Numbered from the stretch's first letter, positions 27,260-37,415 are shown. The stretch: 56,227 nucleotides of DNA from a virus (IMGVR_UViG_3300031885_000017:1-56227), one strand, 5' to 3'. Notes: generated from the letters alone by a model not told the origin. Made by a program: numbers and translations.

Positions 27260-30040
27260 CTATTGGTCTTCTTTCCGCAGGTCGAGGATGTCTCCCCGCG
27301 CCGTCAACTTGTACTCCGGATCGCCCCACGTCTTTCCCCAGTCCAATTCGACCGGGATGGACCAGCCCAACCTAGATCCATTAGGCAAGATTAGGCTTTG
27401 TGCTGTCTGTTCCCATAGACTCTTGACAACGCGGGCGGTCTCCTCCGCGTAGGCGTGGTCCGGCCAGTAGAACTCGAACGTGATGGAGTCGTGGACTGAG
27501 ATCACGGGGTAACACTGGCGCTTCTTCAGGGCGGGCGCCGTCTCAGTGAGATAGTGTGCCGCGCTGTGCAGCGTCGAGCAACCTGACTGGATGGGATAGT
27601 TGATTGCCTCTCTTATAAGTCCCTCCAAATCGTTGAACCGCCGCATGGCCTTGAGTAGGGACGCCGCCGGGAAGTGGCGCCGCTGGCCGAAGATGTTGTC
27701 GCGGTGGCCTAATTCGATCACGTCCCTCCGCGCCTGGGCGAAGTAGGTAGGCAGGCTGGACACGACCTGCATGTACCGGATCCGGATCTCCTGCGCCTCT
27801 TCCAGACTGCAACCGAGCCGGTCGGCGATTCCTTCGTCGGTGAGGCCGTACCCGATGCCGAATACTAGCGTCTTCGCATGGCGCCGGAGTTCGGGGTGCG
27901 CTTCCTTCCACTCGAAGTCCGTCATCTCCGGGTCCACCGGCCAGATGGCACGACCGATGTAGCAGTGGACATCCTGGCCGCTGGCGAGCACCTTCAACAG
28001 GCCGTCGTCCCCGGCCATGTACGCCAGCCCCCAGACCTCCGCTTGGCCCCAGTCGGCGGTCATAAGGCCAAAGCCCTCCGGTGCCGTGAATGTCCTATGG
28101 AAGGCGTCCTTGGTCCCCAACTCTGGGATCTCCACATTGGCCGGGACGTTCTGCATGTTTGGCTCGGCTGAGGATAGGCGGGTGGTCTCGGCACCGCCCG
28201 GCCGGTAGGTACTGCGGATACGGTTGTCTGACTCGATGTAGCGGGCAACGCCCCCCGCGCCGTTGCTGCCATCAAGATAGGTGCCCTTCGCCTTCCGCAA
28301 CTCCTTGAGTTCCATCAGGATGGGTAGGATTGGATGGTCAGCCTGGGCACGGACGGCGGCTAGGGCGTCTGCCCCGGTCTGCTCATGCTCGAAGCAGAGG
28401 CCCACGTCACAGGCCTCACACCCGCGGCCACCGTCGGTCTTGAAGCCGCTCCTTGGCAACCCCAGTTCCTCGAAGAGGATGCGCTGGAGGTTCTTGTGGT
28501 ACATGTAATTCCAGGGCGGCTTGGTCTCCGGCAGGGGAATGGCCCAAAGCCGTGCCTCCGCGTCCGCGATGCGCTGCGCGTAGTGGGCACAGAGCTTCTC
28601 AAAGTAGTCCACGTCCACCAGGACGCCGCGTTTCTCCATCTCCCAGCAGCAGCGGATGAGTGGCTGGATGATCGCCTCTGATGCCCAACGTGTACCTTCG
28701 GCATCGGCCTTTGCCCGAAGGACGGGAACCACACGCTCCACGGCGTCAGCATCGGCGGCACTGTATTTCCAGAGTACGTCGTCCGGGGCCGCCGACATCT
28801 TCCGCTTGTTGCTGCTGACGGCGTTGACCTCTGCCTCGTAGTAGGGCATATCGGTGTAGAGAGCCGTCAGGATGGTGAGGCTACTGCGCTTGGTCTTCCG
28901 TGCCTCCGGCGGCATGGCGGTCTCTGCGACCGCGTGGTGCAGGAGCATGGTGTCTTCAATCTGGCCCTTGATCTCGATGCCGAAAGCGGTGGCGGCCGTC
29001 ACGAATGGCCACTCCGGTCGCCTCTCAAGGAATCTGAGGTCAAAAATCGCGTTCTGACCCACCTTCTTCTTGTCACTGCCAAAGATCTCCTTCAGGATGG
29101 CGATGACCTGGGGCCATTCGTCGTCCGCCCAGTGGGAGTCAACCTCGGACTTCGGTACTTCCACAAGGTAGGGAGGATCGGATGGCAGTGCGGACATGAA
29201 GATGATCTCCGCCGGTGTCTTCGGTGGGCGCCTGTTCTCCAGTAGGTTCTTGGCCACCCGCGGGCTGATCTCCACGATGTCTGCTGCCACCCGCTGGTGC
29301 GATAGGAGCGGGACCACAAATCCCTCTCCCGGCTCGGTTGAGAAACTGATGCAGAGTACCTCATCGTGCCGCCAATCGAGTCCCGTGGTCTCGGTATCAA
29401 AGGCGATCTCCTTGGTGGACGGATGGAGTAGGTAGTCTCTAAGGTCGGTGAGCTGGGCCAGCGTGGTGATGGCGGAGTAATCACCAAGGCGGGGCTGACC
29501 CAGCTCTCCCGACGCTATGCGGAGGGCCTTCTCGAAGTGGGCCTGCACGGTGTCGGCCACGTGCCATTGGCCGCGCAACAAAAAGGCCGGATGGTAGCTG
29601 GGAATGAATGGGGTGCCTGTTTCTGGCTGAGTGAGCGTCTGGCCAAGAACCGAACTCAAAGTCACGGTCTGGCCATAGATGCTTTGGAGCGCAACGTCTC
29701 CGAGTGTGACGATGATCGCCGGTTTGACTGATTGCAACTCTTCCAGCAAGTACGGTCGGCAGGCCCGGATCTCGGCCACGGTCGGGCGCCGGTTGCCGGG
29801 CGGGTGACAACGGACGGCGTTGGTCAAGTAGACGGTCTGTGGAGAGATGCTGGCCATCTCGCAGAGTAGACGGAGGAGATGCCCACTGGGGCCCACAAAC
29901 GCCTTGCCTTGGAGATCCTCCTCCTCACCCGGACTCTGCCCGACGAACATGATGTAGCCAGGCGTTCCGCGGCCACCGACGACGTTACGTCGGCACTTAA
30001 CTAGGGCGGGGCACCGTTGGCAGTCCGGCGGGGGAGGCAT
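27260..30040 (-). CDS. polA: DNA polymerase A with N-terminal family-4 uracil-DNA glycosylase domain (SPO1-like)
   Basis: UDG CxxC/GQSPG/HPA; exo FDTETTG; pol ADWGQAE, RRHAKTLVFGIGYG, VHDS. Confidence 0.95.
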   Translation of the reverse strand: MPPPPDCQRCPALVKCRRNVVGGRGTPGYIMFVGQSPGEEEDLQGKAFVGPSGHLLRLLCEMASISPQTVYLTNAVRCHPPGNRRPTVAEIRACRPYLLEELQSVKPAIIVTLGDVALQSIYGQTVTLSSVLGQTLTQPETGTPFIPSYHPAFLLRGQWHVADTVQAHFEKALRIASGELGQPRLGDYSAITTLAQLTDLRDYLLHPSTKEIAFDTETTGLDWRHDEVLCISFSTEPGEGFVVPLLSHQRVAADIVEISPRVAKNLLENRRPPKTPAEIIFMSALPSDPPYLVEVPKSEVDSHWADDEWPQVIAILKEIFGSDKKKVGQNAIFDLRFLERRPEWPFVTAATAFGIEIKGQIEDTMLLHHAVAETAMPPEARKTKRSSLTILTALYTDMPYYEAEVNAVSSNKRKMSAAPDDVLWKYSAADADAVERVVPVLRAKADAEGTRWASEAIIQPLIRCCWEMEKRGVLVDVDYFEKLCAHYAQRIADAEARLWAIPLPETKPPWNYMYHKNLQRILFEELGLPRSGFKTDGGRGCEACDVGLCFEHEQTGADALAAVRAQADHPILPILMELKELRKAKGTYLDGSNGAGGVARYIESDNRIRSTYRPGGAETTRLSSAEPNMQNVPANVEIPELGTKDAFHRTFTAPEGFGLMTADWGQAEVWGLAYMAGDDGLLKVLASGQDVHCYIGRAIWPVDPEMTDFEWKEAHPELRRHAKTLVFGIGYGLTDEGIADRLGCSLEEAQEIRIRYMQVVSSLPTYFAQARRDVIELGHRDNIFGQRRHFPAASLLKAMRRFNDLEGLIREAINYPIQSGCSTLHSAAHYLTETAPALKKRQCYPVISVHDSITFEFYWPDHAYAEETARVVKSLWEQTAQSLILPNGSRLGWSIPVELDWGKTWGDPEYKLTARGDILDLRKEDQ

Positions 30041-30043
30041 CGG

Positions 30044-30274
30044 CTATTCCTCCGCCTCCACCATAACCTTGGCCTTGTGCATCGGGTCGATCACCATGCC
30101 GTCCACCCATGACTCCAGCACCAGTGGACACAGGTTGTCCCGCTTTGCGTCACAGTGGAGGCAGGTCTGGTGCGTCAACTCCATGTACTTCCCATCCTGC
30201 CAGACGTACTCCGGATCGCTCAGGAGCCAGTGGTGCGGGAGTCCATTAGGACAGTGGCCGTTATTGGTGTCCAC
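30044..30274 (-). CDS. Small Zn-binding protein
   Basis: C..HHW..CLHC. Confidence 0.55.
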   Translation of the reverse strand: MDTNNGHCPNGLPHHWLLSDPEYVWQDGKYMELTHQTCLHCDAKRDNLCPLVLESWVDGMVIDPMHKAKVMVEAEE

Positions 30275-30746
30275 CTGTCAACCTCGTTAGGCCAAAGGCG
30301 GCTATTACGGATGCGTCGTACACGTCTTGAACCAGATTGTCGGGAAGACCGAACCGGGCCATCGCCCAGGCCTTGATGTCTTCCTTACTCACCCGGTTGG
30401 TGCCGAGCATGGCACTCTTCCAGGTTGAGGGGTCTACTAGTGTGTGTGGAACTCCCAACCGATCTATCGCGTAGCGTAGGGCCCCCACCACCATCCCCAG
30501 ATCGATGGCGGCCTTCCGGTTGGGGCCGACGAACGGACGCTCGACCCAGATGAAGTTGCACCCCTGGAGAAGACTGTTGGGCAGAAGTTCTTGCATCTGG
30601 TGAACGAGCCCCAGGAAACGATCCTCTGCCCGCTGTCCCTTCGCCTCCAGGCGCAGACGGTCTACCAGCGTGTCGTCGTGGCCATTGTTGTCAACGACGA
30701 AGATGGTTACGGCATGGGAGTCAGGATCGATTCCCGCCACTCTCAA
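30261..30746 (-). CDS. ruvC: RuvC-like Holliday junction resolvase
   Basis: GIDP, VERPF, PSTWK, SKE, DVYDA. Confidence 0.88.
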   Translation of the reverse strand: MRVAGIDPDSHAVTIFVVDNNGHDDTLVDRLRLEAKGQRAEDRFLGLVHQMQELLPNSLLQGCNFIWVERPFVGPNRKAAIDLGMVVGALRYAIDRLGVPHTLVDPSTWKSAMLGTNRVSKEDIKAWAMARFGLPDNLVQDVYDASVIAAFGLTRLTGGHQ

Positions 30747-30967
30747 GACACGATCTCCGCAATGGGCTCGACCGTCAGCACCTCGATCTCGCCGCCGGTG
30801 ATCGGGCGCCGGGCGTTCTTGATCTGCACCCGGCGGCTCTTGTTGATGGCTTCCCTAGCCGCGAAATCAATGCGGTGGTTCTCATCGTATCCGTAGACGG
30901 CAACATCTACCTCTCCGATGATGGTGGCGCGTACACGGACACGATACTTGCGGGTATTACTGGACAT
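30743..30967 (-). CDS. Hypothetical protein
   Basis: Coupled ORF. Confidence 0.55.
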   Translation of the reverse strand: MSSNTRKYRVRVRATIIGEVDVAVYGYDENHRIDFAAREAINKSRRVQIKNARRPITGGEIEVLTVEPIAEIVS

Positions 30968-30972
30968 CGTTC

Positions 30973-31695
30973 TTAGCTCCTCGGCCGGGGCGGGGCGAGG
31001 TCTCTTGACCCACCGGCGGCCACTACCTGCTCCGGTACAGCCCGTACACCCGGATAATCGAGGGCGCTCTTCAGGGCGCGGGCCTGGGCGTTCAGGACTA
31101 TCATGTTGGGTAGGAGTACGGCCTCTGGCACATGACCTTCGGCCACGGCCCGGATGAGGGCCGTCCAGTCAACGATCTCGGCGTGCCAGGTCTGCCGTGT
31201 CGATAGTCCGGAGATCCGGGGCGTGTCAGACACGACGATAGGGGCTGTGATCATGGCCGCCTGGTTCTCCAGGGTTTCGGCCATCTCCTCCTTACCTGCG
31301 GAAGCGGCCCGCTGTGACCGCGCCAACAGGCGTTCTTGCTCCTTGCGGGCCAGTTCACGCAACCGTGCCTCTTCCTCGGCCCGGAGACGTTCTTGTTCTC
31401 TCTGGTAGCCAAGGATGCCGTGCTTGATGGCCGCCTCAGCATTGACCAGCAGGGACATAGGTCGCTCAAAGAGGGCCATAATCCTTCTCTTGGTCTCATC
31501 GATGGGGCGTGTCAAGGAGCGGCGTAGCTCGTCCAGCTCCTTACTCCGACCCTTGATGCGCTGAAGGATGGCCGCTGCGTCCTCGTAGTCATCGGCCGTT
31601 ACGATATGAACCTCGGTAGGGATGGCCGTAAGCATCTTCTCGGTGTCGGCCGTGAAGGTCTGAACCTTCATGTTGTCGTTGGGATCAAGTGTCAT
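30973..31695 (-). CDS. Coiled-coil protein associated with exonuclease
   Basis: Long heptads, C-terminal PGVR; ATGA coupling. Confidence 0.65.
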   Translation of the reverse strand: MTLDPNDNMKVQTFTADTEKMLTAIPTEVHIVTADDYEDAAAILQRIKGRSKELDELRRSLTRPIDETKRRIMALFERPMSLLVNAEAAIKHGILGYQREQERLRAEEEARLRELARKEQERLLARSQRAASAGKEEMAETLENQAAMITAPIVVSDTPRISGLSTRQTWHAEIVDWTALIRAVAEGHVPEAVLLPNMIVLNAQARALKSALDYPGVRAVPEQVVAAGGSRDLAPPRPRS

Positions 31696-32297
31696 TTTGT
31701 GTTTCTCCTCCGCCAGTTGTATAGGGTTAGCGCCGACAGGAACGCGGACCAATCACCGGCGTCATCCTTGTATTGGTAAAGGCGGTACTTGCCATCGGCG
31801 CCGAGCTGGACGGCCCACCGCTCCTTGACTTTTGCCTTGGGATAGAGTTCGTTGTAGGCGACCTGATAAGCCGCCAGTTGGAGTGCCGTTACCGGGTTGA
31901 GTGCGGCGCCCGTCTTGATGTCCAGGACCACGGGCACCCCGCGGAGTTTGCCGATGCGGTCAATGGTTCCGGCGTAGCGATGCCGGGTCGAGTAGACCTG
32001 AACCTCGATACCTTCCGGGATGAACAGGACATCATCCCGGAACTTTACCCAGGCGCGGACGTAGGGTTCGAGGAGCGGATCGGCTTGCATCTCTTCCAGC
32101 GTCAGGGCGTCCCGGTCATAGAGTGCGGTAGCTGTGTGAACCAGGGTGCCCCGCTCTTGGGCCGCGTCCATGATGTCCTTGTCGATCCCCAGGAAGTCAT
32201 TGATGCCGACCATAACCTGGGTGACGCCGGGGATGCGGAGTCCCTTCAGGTAGTAGGAGTGGGTTTGGCTGTCGTAGCGGAAGTCGTCTCTAGGCAT
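31692..32297 (-). CDS. PD-(D/E)XK exonuclease (lambda-exo/Cas4-like)
   Basis: PGVTQV, RGTLVH, YAGTID, LDIKTG, QLAAY. Confidence 0.9.
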   Translation of the reverse strand: MPRDDFRYDSQTHSYYLKGLRIPGVTQVMVGINDFLGIDKDIMDAAQERGTLVHTATALYDRDALTLEEMQADPLLEPYVRAWVKFRDDVLFIPEGIEVQVYSTRHRYAGTIDRIGKLRGVPVVLDIKTGAALNPVTALQLAAYQVAYNELYPKAKVKERWAVQLGADGKYRLYQYKDDAGDWSAFLSALTLYNWRRRNTK

Positions 32298-32784
32298 CTG
32301 TACCCATCTCCGGCAGCCATAACGGAAGATGACGTTGGCCATTCCTTCTGCCCTTGCGAGAATTGCAGGAGTTACAAAGCGTCTCTAAGTTTTCTAGTAC
32401 CGTGGGGCCACCGTTGGATTCGGAAATGATATGGTCCGCCCTCAGTTGATTTTGCGAACCGCAGTGGCAGCAACGAAAACCGTCTCGTTGGAATACTGCT
32501 CGACGTAGCCCTGGGGAAATTGGGCGCTTTTTGTAGGCCCCACTAGCGGTAGACTTAGAAGGCCAATTGTCATCTTCGATCGTCCGTATGATGAATCGAA
32601 CCCTTTGGGCCTTCTCCAAGACTTCCATTAACGTTCTGCACTCGACCTCATCGAGCCGAACAGTTTTCCCCAGCCACTCCAGAAATTGTTGCAAAGTCCA
32701 GTTGTAGATCTCATGACTCCACTCATACGCGTGGTCGTCTAGGTACTGACGATCTACCTCATCAAGCAGCCCACCACTAACCAT
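32290..32784 (-). CDS. HNH endonuclease
   Basis: RDGFRCCHCG..DHII..GG..NL..LCNSCNSRKG. Confidence 0.9.
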   Translation of the reverse strand: MVSGGLLDEVDRQYLDDHAYEWSHEIYNWTLQQFLEWLGKTVRLDEVECRTLMEVLEKAQRVRFIIRTIEDDNWPSKSTASGAYKKRPISPGLRRAVFQRDGFRCCHCGSQNQLRADHIISESNGGPTVLENLETLCNSCNSRKGRRNGQRHLPLWLPEMGTDA

Positions 32785-33007
32785 CAGCCATTTCCTTCAG
32801 TACCGCACGGGCGGCCTCTACGCCCTGTTCCGCTGTCCCCTGGCGAAGATCACGGGCAGTAATGTAGTGGACGGCCAGCCTGCCCCCGAATCTAATGTGG
32901 ATTACCGCCCCTGGGTGGTCACGCTGGAAGTGCATAGTAATATCCTCTGCACCTGCTTGAGTCAGAGTCGTGTGATAGGACGCCAGGAAACCTTTAGGCT
33001 CAGACAT
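32777..33007 (-). CDS. Hypothetical protein
   Basis: ORF overlapping neighbours. Confidence 0.5.
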   Translation of the reverse strand: MSEPKGFLASYHTTLTQAGAEDITMHFQRDHPGAVIHIRFGGRLAVHYITARDLRQGTAEQGVEAARAVLKEMADG

Positions 33008-34070
33008 CCGCGGTCTCCTCCGCCTTCTCATTCGGGTCCGGCCGCCACAACAAAGGCGCTTCTTGTATCTTCTGGAGCAATTCCGGCCGTTCCGCCAAGA
33101 CAGTAGGAAATTGTTTTCGCTGAAACTTGACGCCATCGAGCGAGTACCAAGATCCGGCCTGTGTGACGAGCCCCAGTCGCTCCAGTAGGTCTAGTTGACT
33201 GCTCACGTTGTCCACGCCGTCGATGGCGTAGATGTCAAACAGCCCTTGCTTTCCCTCTGGGGCGATGCTGCTCTTGCGGATCTCGGCCCGCACCGAAATG
33301 CCGACCGGATCATCCCCCTCTTTGATGACGCCGGTGCTCGTGAAGTACACAAGCAGCGAGCCCCAGAAGACCAGGGCACCTTCTCCAGCCATCGTGTTAC
33401 GTTTCATGGCCTTCCGACGCTCCCGGCTCCGCGGATCACCCATGATGTCTAGGTGCTGGCGGAGTTGGTTCACGATGACCAGCGCGATTCTGTACTGGGC
33501 CAGCATCGGCCCCAACCGCTGCATCTCTCGGCTTATCGTTCGGGCCGAGAGTCCCGGTTGAGGTTGGTCTTCAATGGTGGCTTCCAGTTGCTTCTGTGCG
33601 GGCAGCGCCGAGAGCGAATCAATGACGATGGACACCAGACGGGCGGGGTCTTCCTCGCGGACCCACTTTATGATCTCCTCGATGTCCTTAAAGCAGGCCT
33701 CTAAGGTTGTGGGCGTCGGCATGACCAGCCGGGCGGGGATGAGGCCGAGGCGTACACCCCGGTCTCGGCTGTACCGATGCTCGGCGTCGATGAGGATCGC
33801 CAACCCGTCTCGGCGCTGCGTTTCCGCCAAGATGTGATATGCGACGGAGCTTTTCCCGGCCCCCTCCTTGCCGTAGAACACGGTGACACGGCCGACGGGG
33901 ATACCCGGTTGCCCGATGATGTAGTCCAGCATCGCGCATTGGGTACTGATGTAGTCAGCTATGTCCGAGGTGAGGGGTTGAGAAGCGAGCTTTAGCTGAA
34001 ACTTGGCAGCGAGACGCTCCTCAAATGTGCCTGGTGCGTCCTCTGGCGGGGACGCCTTCCTCCGCGCCAT
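33000..34070 (-). CDS. recA: RecA/UvsX-like recombinase
   Basis: GIPVGR, GKEGAGKS, IDAEH, VIDS, NQLR. Confidence 0.93.
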   Translation of the reverse strand: MARRKASPPEDAPGTFEERLAAKFQLKLASQPLTSDIADYISTQCAMLDYIIGQPGIPVGRVTVFYGKEGAGKSSVAYHILAETQRRDGLAILIDAEHRYSRDRGVRLGLIPARLVMPTPTTLEACFKDIEEIIKWVREEDPARLVSIVIDSLSALPAQKQLEATIEDQPQPGLSARTISREMQRLGPMLAQYRIALVIVNQLRQHLDIMGDPRSRERRKAMKRNTMAGEGALVFWGSLLVYFTSTGVIKEGDDPVGISVRAEIRKSSIAPEGKQGLFDIYAIDGVDNVSSQLDLLERLGLVTQAGSWYSLDGVKFQRKQFPTVLAERPELLQKIQEAPLLWRPDPNEKAEETADV

Positions 34071-34194
34071 CTCTCTCCCTCCGAAGGTCGGGGTTCGCCG
34101 CCCCTATGTTATGGTCTGCGGCAGGTAGGCCTACGCGCACGTGCAGCCTGGGCCAACCCACCCTACCGTCCTCGGTCCACCTGCCGCGAGAACC

Positions 34195-35097
34195 CTATTC
34201 GGTCGCTGCCGTATCCTTCTGCGCTCTCCGCAGTTTCTCTCGGAGCGAGGTTCTGCTCGCTTCCTCTTCTGCGGTCGGGGTCTTCACCACCGGCGCCTTC
34301 GGTGCGCGAGGGGCCGGTGCGCTTTCCTCTTGCTCCGGTGCCAATTCGCGGACCTCACCCTCCACCACATCGTCGGGCGGAGGAGGCAGGCCGGTGCCCA
34401 ACCGAGGCCGGGCCGCCGGTCCAGCGGCCACTGCAAAGGGATCGGCCGGGCCCGCTAGGAGTTCGATCATCCGCTCTGCGGTCAGCACTTCGTAGTTAGC
34501 CACGAGGTCGTTCATGTTCTCCAGGAGATCCGGTGCCTCAAGAGGCATCGCGTTCGGGGCCAGGAGTACCTGATAGCGGGTGTCCTGTACCCCTGTGCCC
34601 TTGCGCCGAATGAGCACCGGCCGCCCCGTGTCCGGGTCGGTGATGTCCCGTTCGTCTTCGGGCAGTTCCTCGATGGCCTGCACCAGATCATCCAGTGTCG
34701 TTCGCGGACACGGCCAGATGCGGACAAGGTTCTCCTTGGGGGTGCCGTCATCCTTCAACTCAACGACGTTCATGGCCGCGTACCACCGCGGCCCCTTGCC
34801 GTCACCTTGTTCCCTCGCCTGGGCGCAGGCAGGGCAGGGTTCGTCATACATCTTCCGAAGGCAGACGAACGGCGCCCTGTTCGCCCCGTAGAAGTGGACG
34901 GCCACCGGGTAGTAGAACAGGGTCTTGCCGGTGTCGGGATCGGGGCCCATGTCCTCCCTGGGCGGGAGGATCCTGATCCAGTTGTCTGCCCACTTGCCGC
35001 CGGGACCAGACTGCGGTTTGAACAATGGGGTGCCCTCCGCCAGGGCCTTGGCCCTCTCGGTCGAGGCGGCAATATCAGGGCGTTTCCAAGTAGCCAT
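34195..35097 (-). CDS. Single-stranded DNA-binding protein (T4 gp32-like)
   Basis: IRILPP, H..C..CPAC, DITDPDTGR, G..TRY; between recA and primase. Confidence 0.8.
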   Translation of the reverse strand: MATWKRPDIAASTERAKALAEGTPLFKPQSGPGGKWADNWIRILPPREDMGPDPDTGKTLFYYPVAVHFYGANRAPFVCLRKMYDEPCPACAQAREQGDGKGPRWYAAMNVVELKDDGTPKENLVRIWPCPRTTLDDLVQAIEELPEDERDITDPDTGRPVLIRRKGTGVQDTRYQVLLAPNAMPLEAPDLLENMNDLVANYEVLTAERMIELLAGPADPFAVAAGPAARPRLGTGLPPPPDDVVEGEVRELAPEQEESAPAPRAPKAPVVKTPTAEEEASRTSLREKLRRAQKDTAATE

Positions 35098-35493
35098 CTA
35101 GTTCTCCTCCGTTGTGGGCGGGGCTGCCGTGGTGTCGGCACGGAACACCTCACGGAACGCCTCATAGATGGAATCCACGTCAGCCTCCGATGGGACAAAG
35201 GATCCATGTGGAATCGTTGTGGGCTCTCCGTCCTCGCTGGTCGTACCCTCTGCCGCCTCCGCCGCCGGAGGCATCTCCTCCTGCGCCGCTTCGTTGGTGT
35301 AGCCGGGAACCGGCGCCAGCTCTGCGATCTTCTCCCTCAGATCGTCGATGACGTTGGCAGTGAAGCGGTACTGGTTGACCAGGGTGATGTTGCCCGCGGC
35401 CTTCCGTTCCTCGATGGCCGCCGCCGCCCGCAGCCCCTCAGCCCTGTCGGTGAGGAGCGTCTCTACGGGCTCCAGGTAGACGCACTTCGACAT
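35098..35493 (-). CDS. Acidic hypothetical protein
   Basis: Coupled ORF. Confidence 0.6.
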   Translation of the reverse strand: MSKCVYLEPVETLLTDRAEGLRAAAAIEERKAAGNITLVNQYRFTANVIDDLREKIAELAPVPGYTNEAAQEEMPPAAEAAEGTTSEDGEPTTIPHGSFVPSEADVDSIYEAFREVFRADTTAAPPTTEEN

Positions 35494-35494
35494 T

Positions 35495-35668
35495 CTAGCC
35501 CTCCACCTTCGCCAGGTAGTCCTTTACCAGTTGACCGGCGCCGATGATGACGACAACCAGGAACGCGGTGGTGCTGGCGCTGAAGCCCAGCAGCCCCACG
35601 ACTGTCGCCGCCTTCGCCAGCCCACCGGCTAGGGCCGCCAGCCCTACGATGATCGCGTACTTCTTCAC
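35495..35668 (-). CDS. 57-aa two-helix membrane protein (not in ORF track)
   Basis: MKKYAIIVGLAALAGG..FLVVVIIGAG..; preceded by GAAGGGAGAGAGC. Confidence 0.65.
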   Translation of the reverse strand: MKKYAIIVGLAALAGGLAKAATVVGLLGFSASTTAFLVVVIIGAGQLVKDYLAKVEG

Positions 35669-35687
35669 GCTCTCTCCCTTCCTTTAG

Positions 35688-35969
35688 CTACTGCCAAGCG
35701 ATAATCGCCGCAATGGTGGTGCCGGTACATACGGCACCCACCAGATTGACCACTTCCAGGACGCGGGAATGGGCCTTTAGGCTAGTGCCTATGAGCCCCA
35801 TGCATCCTATGAACAAGGCAATGAAGGCGGGTAAACTGAGACCTGTTACCTCGCGCTTGGCGAAGATAGAGATACTCTGGGTCGTGTAGAAGACCAAGAG
35901 TCCGCCGACACCAGCGAGGTTGATTAGTGCCCCAGTCAAGGGGGGAAGTCGCCGCCTTCTCATCTCCAT
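35688..35969 (-). CDS. SemiSWEET/PQ-loop-like 3-TM membrane protein
   Basis: TM1-TQ..IF.KR..TGLSL-TM2..VVN-TM3 pattern. Confidence 0.6.
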   Translation of the reverse strand: MEMRRRRLPPLTGALINLAGVGGLLVFYTTQSISIFAKREVTGLSLPAFIALFIGCMGLIGTSLKAHSRVLEVVNLVGAVCTGTTIAAIIAWQ

Positions 35970-35984
35970 CCTCAGTATGGCAGA

Positions 35985-36935
35985 TCACCCCGCGAAATTG
36001 TCAAGTGCGTCTCGGATTGCCTTTTCGAGCGCATCGCTGGGTGCATCGCTTGGGTCTGTTCCCTCCGGCAGCCGGGCTTCGACATGCGGCAGGCCGTGTG
36101 ACCACAGGGCCCGGTGTATCTGGAGGCTGGCGTTCCGCCCGGCCTTATCGCCGTCCATTAGGATGATGAACGGGCGCCACCCCACTGGTAGGCGGCCGAG
36201 TAGTGTTATCTGCTGGGCCGACATCTGGCTGCCCAGGATGGCTACTGCTTGGTTGGGCAGGCGTAAGGCATCGAAGACGCCCTCTGTGATGATGAGCGGG
36301 CGCGGGTGTTGCAGTCGCTCCAGCCTGTCCAGGTTGAACACCACATCGCTCCGGCGGCTCCCGGCCGGGTAGAGCACCTTGGGTTCAGCAGCCGGGTCGA
36401 GGGAGCGGGCAACAAACGTGTAGAGCTGATGGCGGTACTCGACTGGGATGATGAGGCGCCCGGCGTAGTGGCCTTCTGGACAGTATTGCATCCCATACGC
36501 CACCGCCCGGTCGAGTGAAATCCCTCGCTGTTTGAGGTACGCAATAGGGCCTTGTACCCGTGCCCGATGGCCGTCAATCGGGGAGTATGCCTCGGATAAG
36601 AGGATACCCTCCTCCGGCAATGTCACCCCAGGCACCGGCGCCGGGACGCCCCCTCCGAACCGGAACTTGGGCTCTGCCCGGAACCGTAACTTGCGCCGGA
36701 CCTCGAATGCCTCTGCGGGTTCCATGCCCAGGGCCCGGTGGAACAGGTCGAACAGGTCTCCCCGCTCCTGGCACCTGAAGCAGATCCACACCCCGGTCTC
36801 CGCCTCAATGTAGAGACGGCTACGGTCGTCGCCACACAGAGGGCAAGGAATCCGGATCTCGGTGCCGTCCTCTACCAGCTCGGCCTCGATGCCGCCGTCG
36901 ATGAAGAACTCTATAAGGGCGTCAGGATCGATCAC
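35985..36935 (-). CDS. dnaG: DNA primase (Zn finger + TOPRIM)
   Basis: CPLC..CFRC, EGVFD, DGDKAG, DP. Confidence 0.92.
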   Translation of the reverse strand: MIDPDALIEFFIDGGIEAELVEDGTEIRIPCPLCGDDRSRLYIEAETGVWICFRCQERGDLFDLFHRALGMEPAEAFEVRRKLRFRAEPKFRFGGGVPAPVPGVTLPEEGILLSEAYSPIDGHRARVQGPIAYLKQRGISLDRAVAYGMQYCPEGHYAGRLIIPVEYRHQLYTFVARSLDPAAEPKVLYPAGSRRSDVVFNLDRLERLQHPRPLIITEGVFDALRLPNQAVAILGSQMSAQQITLLGRLPVGWRPFIILMDGDKAGRNASLQIHRALWSHGLPHVEARLPEGTDPSDAPSDALEKAIRDALDNFAG

Positions 36936-37228
36936 TGGCCACCTCCTACTATGTCATCTTCTTTCCAGGCGACGAATCGCGGGAACTGTTGCATCCCCAT
37001 TGATAGTGTGATGTTCCGCAGTAGGCGGCGCGTTTGGTGCGCCACCCGTGGGTCAACCAGGAAACGGTAGGGTCCGGCGGCCTGATAGTGGCGGCGCATC
37101 TTCATGGCCGCCCGCATGACGCGCCGGTGCCTCCAACCCAGTGGCATCTGGTGGAAGACCCAACTCTTGATGGTTGCCATCTTCTCCGTCAACCAGCAGC
37201 GATAGCAGGTGTGTTCGCAGTCGCTCAT
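36932..37228 (-). CDS. Hypothetical protein
   Basis: SD GGAGG, coupled. Confidence 0.5.
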   Translation of the reverse strand: MSDCEHTCYRCWLTEKMATIKSWVFHQMPLGWRHRRVMRAAMKMRRHYQAAGPYRFLVDPRVAHQTRRLLRNITLSMGMQQFPRFVAWKEDDIVGGGQ

Positions 37229-37415
37229 CGTTTCCTCCACGCCTTCGCTATCTTCCGGGCTTTCACCTCCTGAGATGAGGCACAGTAGCGCTTGTGTTCT
37301 ACCAGGCAGAAGTGGCCGCATACCTTCTGCCCGCAGGGACGGCAAGTAAGGGTTGGTGGATCACCCGGAACGCCAAGGATGAACCCACACTCGGCGCAGT
37401 ATTCTGGTTCGTTCG

